Translations under genes and position numbers: made by a program
Assembly: GCA_002269645.1 (NCBI GenBank)
Contig: NIVC01005095.1
Span: 1 to 26,366, forward strand
DNA from: Macrostomum lignano
Lineage: Eukaryota
Direction: 5' to 3'
Length of the DNA: 26,366 nt
Notes under the pieces: generated by a model
Told to the model about the DNA's origin: nothing
The model's input: the letters and a program-made list of their open reading frames with translations, nothing else
Databases searched by the model: none
Shown here: one piece after another, positions 1 through 8,948 of the stretch
Layout: the number at the start of each line of letters is the position of its first letter
Numbering within the stretch: the stretch's first letter is position 1

Positions 1-2
1 TG

Positions 3-416
3 GCGTTCGAGGCACCTGGCCATAGCACCCAGGTGCATCACACTTTTTATCGTATACATGAAAGAACGATCGAGCTCGCAAAAGTGGGCAAACTAATGTT
101 GGCGATCGAGACAGGAAAGCTGGGGCAACTGAAAGGCAAAACGCTGGAAGAAATAGAGATTAACGACATTGATGCCGACTTAGAAGAATCGGAGGACAAT
201 CGGAAGGAAATCGAGAAGACGCACAAAGCACTAGAGAATTCTCGAGAGGAGGAAGACAACGGTCCTACACCTAGGAAAGTTGTTATTCACTGGACTTCGA
301 CGAGAACGAGACTGTCAGATCAAAAGGACCTTGTTGAGAAAGACTGTAAGCGTCGACGGCTCAAGCCGCAGCGATCAGAATCCCAATTTGAAAAAGAGAA
401 CGAAAATCCAGTGTAA
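3..416 (+). pseudogene. C-terminal catalytic segment of a tyrosine recombinase (phage-integrase fold) plus acidic linker; 5'-truncated by the window, ends at TAA in the first VNTR unit
   Basis: GH at 18-23 and FY at 45-50 have the spacing of the catalytic His/Tyr of YR box II. Acidic stretch DIDADLEESED follows. Stop TAA at 414-416 is a CAA>TAA variant of the repeat unit. Confidence 0.65.
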
Positions 417-1967
417 CAATCCGATGAGCTTGATCATCGTGGCGCACCTCTATCACTTAAGGAGAACGAAAATCCAGTGCAACAATCCGATGAGCTTGAT
501 CATCGTGGCGCACCTCTATCACTTAAGGAGAACGAAAATCCAGTGCAACAATCCGATGAGCTTGATCATCGTGGCGCACCTCTATCACTTAAGGAGAACG
601 AAAATCCAGTGCAACAATCCGATGAGCTTGATCATCGTGGCGCACCTCTATCACTTAAGGAGAACGAAAATCCAGTGCAACAGTCCGATGAGCTTGATCA
701 TCGTGGCGCACCTCTATCACTTAAGGAGAACGAAAATCCAGTGCAACAGTCCGATGAGCTTGATCATCGTGGCGCACCTCTATCACTTAAGGAGAACGGA
801 GGACAGACGTTCTTCAGTGCAACAGTGCAACAGTCCGATGAGCTTGATCATCGTGGCGCACCTCTATCACTTAAGGAGAACGAAAATCCAGTGCAACAGT
901 CCGATGAGCTTGATCATCGTGGCGCACCTCTATCACTTAAGGAGAACGAAAATCCAGTGCAACAATCCGATGAGCTTGATCATCGTGGCGCACCTCTATC
1001 ACTTAAGGAGAACGAAAATCCAGTGCAACAGTCCGATGAGCTTGATCATCGTGGCGCACCTCTATCACTTAAGGAGAACGAAAATCCAGTGCAACAGTCC
1101 GATGAGCTTGATCATCGTGGCGCACCTCTATCACTTAAGGAGAACGAAAATCCAGTGCAACAGTCCGATGAGCTTGATCATCGTGGCGCACCTCTATCAC
1201 TTAAGGAGAACGAAAATCCAGTGCAACAATCCGATGAGCTTGATCATCGTGGCGCACCTCTATCACTTAAGGAGAACGAAAATCCAGTGCAACAGTCCGA
1301 TGAGCTTGATCATCGTGGCGCACCTCTATCACTTAAGGAGAACGAAAATCCAGTGCAACAATCCGATGAGCTTGATCATCGTGGCGCACCTCTATCAATT
1401 AAGGAGAACGAAAATCCAGTGCAACAGTCCGATGAGCTTGATCATCGTGGCGCACCTCTATCACTTAAGGAGAACGAAAATCCAGTGTAACAATCCGATG
1501 AGCTTGATCATCGTGGCGCACCTCTATCACTTAAGGAGAACGAAAATCCAGTGTAACAGTCCGATGAGCTTGATCATCGTGGCGCACCTCTATCACTTAA
1601 GGAGAACGAAAATCCAGTGTAACAATCCGATGAGCTTGATCATCGTGGCGCACCTCTATCACTTAAGGAGAACGAAAATCCAGTGTAACAATCCGATGAG
1701 CTTGATCATCGTGGCGCACCTCTATCACTTAAGGAGAACGAAAATCCAGTGCAACAGTCCGATGAGCTTGATCATCGTGGCGCACCTCTATCACTTAAGG
1801 AGAACGAAAATCCAGTGCAACAGTCCGATGAGCTTGATCATCGTGGCGCACCTCTATCACTTAGGGAGAACGAAAATCCAGTGCAACAGTCCGATGAGCT
1901 TGATCATCGTGGCGCACCTCTATCACTTAAGGAGAACGAAAATCCAGTGCAACACTCTATCACTTAA
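395..1967 (+). repeat. 66-bp minisatellite, about 23 copies plus a partial unit (QQSDELDHRGAPLSLKENENPV in frame 3)
   Basis: Period 66 (cgaaaatcca at 401, 467, ...). One +18-bp variant unit at about 798-823. GTGTAA stop variants at 414, 1488, 1554, 1620 and 1686. The last unit lacks 29 nt. Confidence 0.98.
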
Positions 1968-2178
1968 GCAAAAGCAGAAGAAGACAACGCCGACAATAAA
2001 GCCTGCTTATTCTGAAAGTGAGGACCCTCTTTATGAGCCTCCTGCTGAAATAAAAAGAAGTGGCAACTCTGTGAAGAAAGTGAAGCAGTTGCATGTTAAA
2101 TGGTCAACAGAAGAAGAGGCAGCATTCAGGCGCGCTTTTCCCAGGATGCTCGAAGAATCAGGAGGCAAGGTGCCAGGT
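1951..2178 (+). pseudogene. Myb/SANT-like C-terminal domain fragment of the YR protein (frame 1)
   Basis: KKVKQLHVKWSTEEEAAFRRAFPRMLEESGGKVPG fits the WSxEExxA...F...xVPG helix pattern. LSLK of the last repeat unit runs into it after a 29-nt deletion. Confidence 0.55.
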
Positions 2179-2216
2179 CATTTAATTTATCATTTAATTC
2201 ATTTAAATCATTTAAT

Positions 2217-2417
2217 TAATCCCATGCATAATGCCGCTTATTTGCTTCACTTCGGCGAACACCTTTCATTTTCAAACTATGATTAATCCCATGCATAATG
2301 CCGCTTATTTGCTTCACTTCGGCGAACACCTTTCATTTTCAAACTATGATTAATCCCATGCGTAAATGCCGCTTATTTGCTTCACTTCGGCGAACACCTT
2401 TCATTTTCTAACTATAT
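2217..2417. repeat. 67-bp tandem triplication
   Basis: taatcccatgc...ttcaaactatgat starts at 2217, 2284 and 2351. Confidence 0.95.
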
Positions 2418-2845
2418 TACATAAAGTGTGTCTTCCACTTGGTGTGGGTCCAGCTAAACCTTCTCTACACTGCCAGCAGTGTATGTTAACGACGTCACGA
2501 ATCAGAGGCTGGGGCGGAAGCTGCCGCTTCGAGGAGTACCGATTAGTGCGCAAGTAATGCCGAAGCGATGAAAGCCATTTCAATCCCTAGTCAAGAAATT
2601 TATAATGTGACGGCGTCCTAACTACATATATTTAAGGACTTTCTTCTTGCCTACTGTTGACCCACTTAGAGCGGCGCTGATAATCAGAAAAATGTTTCTT
2701 GCAATGGTCCACTTAAACCTACGTAAAATGATGGTCCAGTTAAACCGTGTCCACGTAAACACACATAGTATATACTTATTTTTTTTATTGTTTAAAGAAT
2801 AAACAATCTGCTCTCAGGGGACGGCACAGACAATATTTTTACTAG

Positions 2846-3090
2846 TTTTTTACCCTTGCCACTGTGTTGGTGGTAAGGGCGTTTAAACTGCGGGGTGAGG
2901 TGCCTCGCTTGGCTGGGGCGGGTGCGTGCGGGGTGCGTGTGTTGCGGGGTGCGCGTGTGGGTGCTTGCTCGTTTTCATATTTAGTCTGGTCCTCCGCTTG
3001 TTCATGCGTTCGTGTTTGCTCAGATTTTTTTAGACTGCTCAGACAGTCTGTCTGTCTTAGTGTCTGTCTGTCTGTCTGTCTGTCTTAGTA

Positions 3091-3137
<47 letters not shown>

Positions 3138-3142
3138 TAGTA

Positions 3143-3217
<75 letters not shown>

Positions 3218-3245
3218 GACTGTCTGTCTGTCTGTCTGTCTGGCT
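2846..3245 (+). mobile_element. Possible Helentron-associated non-autonomous element (HINE/DINE-1-like) end: T-run, hairpin, then (GTCT)n
   Basis: T6 at 2846-2851; stem cccttgccac (2853-2862) / gtggtaaggg (2870-2879); GTCY microsatellite from 3046. This order resembles known HINE layouts. Confidence 0.35.
3046..3242. repeat. (TCTG)n microsatellite with ttagt interruptions
   Basis: Directly visible. Confidence 0.98.
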
Positions 3246-3507
3246 GTTCAGTTTTGAACTCGAATTAAACCGTACTCTTATTTTCCTTTACAATCCTTGC
3301 CAATACTGTACACAGCCAAGCACTCATACACCGCTCACACAGGGTGTACAGCAGCCCTGACTTTCTAATCGTCAGGCATGTACACTCTCTGTACCTTGGG
3401 GGTTGGCCCTGATGGCTGTGAATCGCACGACAAGCCCACACAAATTATTGTGACCTTGCACGGAATCGAACCAGGGGTCGTGTGACAGACGTGTGACAGA
3501 ATTCTAC

Positions 3508-4241
3508 CTGTGCATGCCGGCCATGTGACCCCCGGCCTTGACGTCGGCGCCGCCCGTATCGTAGGTGATGCCCTTGCCGACGAACAGCAGTGGCTGGGGG
3601 CAGTCGCCGGAGCCCCGGTAGCTCAGGTGGACAACGCAGCCGGCGTGCCGCGGCACTCCGGATGCGGCGCGGTCCACCGCGGCCATCAGCGGGTACTTGG
3701 CCGGATCCACCCGCTCCTCCACTTCCACGGTGACGCCGGCGTCCTCGCCGAGGACCGAGCGGATCAGCTCGGCCGCCCGCTTCGCCGTCATCCGTTCGGG
3801 ATCGGAGCCGCCGATGTCCCTGGCCAGGATGCGCCCGGCTTCCAGCGCGGCGGCCAGCCGAAGCTGCGACTCGCCGGCCTCGCCCGCCGAGCTCGGCCTG
3901 AAACCCAGCTGGTCGATTTTCGGCCGCCGGCCGATGTCGCGCAGCTCCAGCGGGGTGTACAGGGCCTGCATGGCGCCTAGCAGCGCCGCACGATCGGCGG
4001 CCGGCTGCGTGGCCCAGGGTTCGCGCCCCACTGGCAGGCTGGCCAGCTTGGCAACAGTCAGTAGGGGGCGCCTGGCGCCGGCACCAACCGCTCTTGTCAG
4101 GCCGGCGCCAGCTGCGTCGTAAAGCCGACGAAGGTCGTCCTGGTCGCGGTTGAGACGGCCGCTGTTGCTAAACAGCAGACGGCCTTGGGGACCGGACGGG
4201 ATCAGCGCAACGGAGCCGGCTTCCAGGACCGCGGCGTCCGC
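3508..4241 (-). CDS. M17 cytosolic leucyl aminopeptidase, exon 2 (W07G4.4/helminth LAP-like)
   Basis: Reads ADAAVLEAGSVALIP...RLLFSNSGRLNRDQDDLRRLYDAA...LLFVGKGITYDTGGADVKAGGHMAGMHR, containing the M17 metal-binding GKG-x-T-Y-D-x-GG...K motif. Acceptor ctttcgcttacccgtcaccag| is phase 0, matching exon 1. Donor AG|gtagaa at 3507 is phase 2. The next exon (expected R-D-K...) was not found in the window. Confidence 0.93.
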
Positions 4242-4279
4242 CTGGTGACGGGTAAGCGAAAGGCGGCATAGAGTTGGAA

Positions 4280-4850
4280 CTCTAGCAGTACAAATGTCTA
4301 CTCTAGCAGTACGAATGTCTACTCTAGCAGTACGAATGTCTACTCTAGCAGTACGAATGTCTACTCTAGCAGTACGAATGTCTACTCTAGCAGTACGAAT
4401 GTCTACTCTAGCAGTACGAATGTCTACTCTAGCAGTACGAATGTCTACTCTAGCAGTACGAATGTCTACTCTAGCAGTACGAATGTCTACTCTAGCAGTA
4501 CGAATGTCTACTCTAGCAGTACGAATGTCTACTCTAGCAGTACGAATGTCTACTCTAGCAGTACGAATGTCTACTCTAGCAGTCTGAATGTCTACTCTAG
4601 CAGTACGAATGTCTACTCTAGCAGTACGAATGTCTACTCAAGCAGTACGAATGTCTACTCTAGCAGTACGAATGTCTACTCTAGCAGTACGAATGTCTAC
4701 TCTAGCAGTACGAATGTCTACTCTAGCAGTACGAATGTCTACAATAGCAGTCCGAATGCCTAATCTAGCAGTCTGAATGTCTACTCTAGCAGTCTGAATG
4801 TCTACTCTAGCAAGTCTGAATATCTACTCCAGCAGTCTGAATGCCTACTA
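4280..4850. repeat. 21-bp minisatellite (ctctagcagtacgaatgtcta), about 27 copies, in aminopeptidase intron 1
   Basis: Near-perfect period 21, degenerating after about 4740. Confidence 0.98.
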
Positions 4851-4945
4851 TAGCGCCCATGTACTGACTCTAAAATTCAATAGACTGCTCACTCTTGTGA
4901 CCAAGACCATTTGCACATCTATAATACCATGCTCTCATATCTCAC

Positions 4946-5089
4946 CTGGCAGTAAGCAGTCAGAATGGGTGCCAGGTCGCTCAGACCATCACCAAGGGCA
5001 GTTGGATCATCGCCAACAATAACTAAACAGTCAAAGCTAGAGTCGCGATAGTCAGGCACAGATGTCAGCTTGTATGGCAATGGGTCCAT
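4946..5089 (-). CDS. M17 leucyl aminopeptidase, exon 1 (48 aa)
   Basis: ATG at 5089; MDPLPYKLTSVPDYRDSSFDCLVIVGDDPTALGDGLSDLAPILTAYCQ; 144 nt ending CAG|gtgaga, a consensus phase-0 donor. DxxFDClVIV resembles the LAP N-terminal strand. Confidence 0.85.
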
Positions 5090-6333
5090 GATTGGCTGAT
5101 AAAATTAGCACAATTTGGTATAGATTAATTCACTTTAGTAGACTTGAAAAAATTGAGAAATTAGCATTGGAAAAGAAATGGTAAGACAGTTAAATCATAG
5201 GTCTAGTTATTATTATTAGCACCATCATTGTTAGGAAGATTAAACTTCATAGCATAGGCCTAGTGGGCTTCAAACTTCAAGGGTATAGTTTTAATTTTCT
5301 CTCTTTGATTACAAAATTATTCAATTTTAACTTTTTGTAATTCAAAAGCACTTTTGTAATTAAATATTATTATACATTTTTTTATCAAATGCTATATAAC
5401 ATTATTTTATATTCATTTAGCTTAGGCCTACCTTTGAAACTTATTAGTCATAAAATTAAAAAATATATGAAATGATATTTTGTTGACTGTTTAAAAATAA
5501 TCATGTACTTATAATAATAATAAACATTTTAAACTAAAAAATAAATCAAAAGATTTTCAATACTTTTGTCCATTGACTTACTTATATTAAATATAATTCT
5601 TTTATGAGTATTTTAAATCTAAAATATTGCATAAGATACTATATTTAAACATAATAACTATGCATAGCATATATGTATTTAATAATCAATTAATTATATA
5701 TCAATTTATATTACTTGAATACATATAACTAAAAAAGGACTGAATAGTTGTTACCAATATACCTATATAAAACTTCATTCTTATAGCTATTGGTACAAAA
5801 ATAGTCATTTTAGAAGAATGTATCTATAGACTATACTGTGGTTTTGCCTATGTCATGACTATATTAGTAAAAAGTATAAAGATAATATCTATTAATAAAA
5901 AATACTATATTAATCATGGCAGAATACTATACTAATGCTAATACTAATTTCTTACCACTATAATTATAGCTTATACTATACAAAAAATACTTTTATACAA
6001 TAATTCAGGATTTTTATACACTAGTTGTGAAGTCATAGTGGTAGGCTTAAGGGGTGCTACAAATTGATGTATCTATATGCAATGCATAGCTATAAGTTTT
6101 TAAGCTAGATACTATAACTAAGATACAATTTAACAAGGATTGTCACTTTTCAAGCATATTATGATATATGCTATTTTGCATTGCTCCATTTATTTTATTT
6201 GCTAAGTATCCTTTGATACAGCTCTTTTACTTCATCTTCATTATTAAGTACCAATATTCCCTAGAAAAGAGAAAAGTTCCTGATAAAGGCTTTCCACTGA
6301 CCACTCCAAATTGGTATTTCTGGACTACCTTTT
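5048..6333. other. AT-rich block with no CpG dinucleotide
   Basis: No CG found line by line between 5047 and 6334; TpA is abundant. No ORF of 60 aa or more in the supplied track. Confidence 0.85.
5096..5110 (-). promoter_or_regulatory. 3' splice acceptor 6 nt upstream of the aminopeptidase ATG (5'UTR intron or trans-splice site)
   Basis: Minus strand reads tgctaattttatcag|ccaatcATG. Confidence 0.5.
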
Positions 6334-6442
6334 CGGAATAGATAATTTAGTGTATACTATAAACTTAAGATGAAAACAAAAAAAACAAAAGTGAAAAGTG
6401 CTGGTGAAAATTAACATACAAAGGATACATTAATGAGAAATC

Positions 6443-6472
6443 AAACCCTCCTGGCCTCAGTCAGGAGGGTTT
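6443..6472. other. Perfect 11-bp hairpin, possible Helitron/Helentron terminal palindrome
   Basis: aaaccctcctg-gcctcagt-caggagggttt, with CTAA|T at 6490-6494. Confidence 0.5.
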
Positions 6473-6728
6473 CAACAACTAAAAAACAACTAATCTGACC
6501 GTTGATTTCGCAGAAAATTTTACAATCAAAGCAATTTATTTTAACTTTAATTACAAAGAAAAACAAATTTTATTTGATGCGAGGATACAAGTATGGAGCG
6601 GTTAATATCTACGTAAGACACCCTTTTAAGCAAAAAAACTTTTTTGTCTGTTTATAGATATTTATAACTGTTTTTGCTCTGTAATTGTAAATTAATGAGT
6701 AGTTGTATTATAATACGGATGTTGACAT

Positions 6729-6882
6729 GAAGCAGACAAAATCGAACCGAGGACCACTGTCTACTATATACAGCAGTATATACTACATGTAAACTACATA
6801 TATACTGTACATAGTATGTTACTATTTATGTAACTACTACTGTATGCAGTGGTGGCCTTATGTTTAGATTTTGTCTTGCTTC
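6729..6882. mobile_element. MITE-like foldback with about 30-35-bp imperfect terminal inverted repeats
   Basis: gaagcagacaaaatcgaaccgaggaccactg (6729-6759) pairs with cagtggtggccttatgtttagattttgtcttgcttc (6847-6882). The AT-rich core is also partly palindromic. Confidence 0.55.
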
Positions 6883-8948
6883 TTGAACATATGTTATTGA
6901 CTCGAAGACAATACTGTATATTTGCCATCTAACTTTGTTGATTTACCCACAGAAACGGACCTGTAGTGTGGGTGAATTGATTAATTCATGGAAAACGAAG
7001 CTTACTTTCTGAAAGTAGTTGTACATACGAATTTCAAATGATCGACATTTCGAAAAGGCGCATATTTATGCATCTTATTACTTGTATGCATGTACATGTA
7101 CGTATATGTATGTAAAACAGAAGCTTTAAAATCGTGATCATGTCCTGACTCCGCCCGCCTAGTTGGGCCTACTTGGAACTGTGTTAATGAATTGCTAAGA
7201 TGCCACTTTGAGTTAGCTACACGTACATGTACATCGACATGTACATGCATAAATTTACCATGCGCGCAGTTCTTGTACTTCAATTACATGTAAAAATTTT
7301 CGTACATGTACATTTCGATGCAAGACCAACGATTGCCCATAGTAACACTTAGAAGCACTCAAATAAACACTGGAAGGGTTCTCTGTAAAGAGAAAGTCAT
7401 TTGCCTTCAATTACATGTATGGTCGCACAGTTTATGTCAGGCAGTAAGCCAAAAGCGCCACCAGATTCGAGTCATGCATCTGATGGTACATTCGATCAAT
7501 TGTCAAACAAAAGACATGACTAAACTGTTGAAAATCGATTTGGCCTACTTTAGTTAGTAGCAAGAAGAGATCATTTTTAATCGTTACATGTACATTTAAG
7601 CATTACATGTACATGTACATGTAGTAAAACCATTAACTTTTTGTTTCCTAATTTTAGTGTAATAACCGTAAATTTCAGGTCAAAACCGCTTTCCATTAAG
7701 CTAAAGTTACTGTTTTATGAAATACATGATCAGCAGCTGATCTGCATGCATGTGTTATACAGTGTCCGGCCCCCTCCACTGACGTATCTCCAAGCCATCG
7801 CTGGCACACGTCAGATGCGGTGAAAATTGGCTTATGTCAATTTTAGCGAGCTAAGTTTGAAACGGAAGGCTAACACTGTGATGGTAGAGAGATGCGTCAG
7901 CAAAACATATATTTGTAAAATGCAATTCAGCATTAAAATTTTCAAGCACGCGCTAAAACTAAATAAATTTGTTATTATTCAATTTCTGAATTTCTGCTTT
8001 TGAATTTGTTTTGCTCGCGGGACTTTGAATAGTTTTGGCACTGAGCACGCGATAGTTTTGGCAATAGGAAACACCCTGAAGGTTCAGCTCGGGTCAGTGC
8101 TTGAGTTGCAACTTTTCGCGCGACTGTTATTTTCTGCCACGCTTATCGCAAATTTACCAAAATAGCCTATGAAAGCTTTTGAGAGCGCTTCTATATCACG
8201 TGTCGAACTTGCAGGGTTGAACTTAGCATCCAACGTATATGGTAGGCCGTGTTCCCTGAAATATTCACATTTATAACTTTAAACTCTTCCTTCTACTCTC
8301 AGTAGACTGGTTGAATGCATCTATCCAAACTTATCTTCCAAAAGTTTAGCAAGGCAAGGAGGGGAAGAGGCGGGGTTGGGAAGGCCTGGAGGCGACCGAT
8401 AATTGGTCGATATGCTCTGAGCAATGGCACAGGAGCTGGGGCGGACAGAGAGGCGGCCGCGAGGGGCTGCTAAAGGGTAAGAAACACAAGGCGCTCCTAC
8501 CCGACTCTCTCACTTGTTCTGCTCCGGCATCTCAGTTCAGCTCAAGGCCTCTCTCTCTCTCTCCTTGCTACTCTCTTACTTCTGTCCCGCTTCCCTGCCT
8601 CTCCAACTCGCAGGCCTCTGAACCAGCAGAGAATTAGGAAACTCACACTTCAGTAGACTCTCCCCTCTGTTTCTGTCGCTCTCGTCCACTTCGCTCCCTC
8701 CGCCCTGACCACTCGTGCCGCCTTCAGTCGGCCGGCCTAAAAGTTTCGCTCGTTTCTCCCACGTCCCAACGTCTCTCGACGTGCACAGTTTGCTCTCTCT
8801 GTCTCCCTCCCCTTCAATTCTCCTTTAGTTTCCAGCTCTTCCCCGCACTCCTCCAAGAAATAAGATAGGAGCAACAACAGACTGGAAAAGTGCATCGACA
8901 AAAGTCCTCTTCCCGAAGGAAACACGTACTATTGAACATTGACGAAAG

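Larger units (their letters stand above)
1..2760 (+). mobile_element. 3' part of a Crypton-like tyrosine-recombinase (YR) element, disrupted by a 66-bp VNTR; ends not defined
   Basis: Frame 3 is open from nt 3 and reads AFEAPGHSTQVHHTFYRIHERTIELAKVGKLMLAIETGKLGQLKGKTLEEIEI. This matches the C-terminal YR box (GH...Y) and the following LAKxxKLLLAxExG...KGKxLxEI segment I recall from a widespread metazoan YR family. A Myb/SANT-like WSxEE...F...KVPG segment follows at 2098-2178. The right boundary is a guess based on the repeated motif cluster. Confidence 0.65.

Noticed and set aside
280-1950. 668-aa ORF RRTKIQCN... as a genuine protein
   Set aside because: It is the alternate frame of the VNTR. 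The flanking recombinase and the LSLK junction point to the QQSDEL frame as native; only its last approximately 75 aa look real.
395-1967. CRISPR-like array
   Set aside because: Units are contiguous with no unique spacers (one variant unit only), the context is eukaryotic, and no cas genes are present.
3250-3500. Second SINE or tRNA gene on the minus strand (ggttcgattcc at about 3462-3472)
   Set aside because: B box only; no A box, cloverleaf or second copy in the window.
4279-4290. Last minisatellite unit as the acceptor for aminopeptidase exon 2
   Set aside because: Its AG gives phase 2 or 1, but exon 1 ends in phase 0. The pyrimidine-rich cag at 4242-4244 fits.
5100-6480. Mitochondrial or bacterial insert with a rho-independent terminator at 6443
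   Set aside because: No recognisable ORF, rRNA or tRNA, and the hairpin lacks a U-tract. It is kept only as a compositional anomaly.
7000-7630. Clusters of TACATGTA palindromes
   Set aside because: Common low-complexity motif in many invertebrate genomes; no regular spacing.
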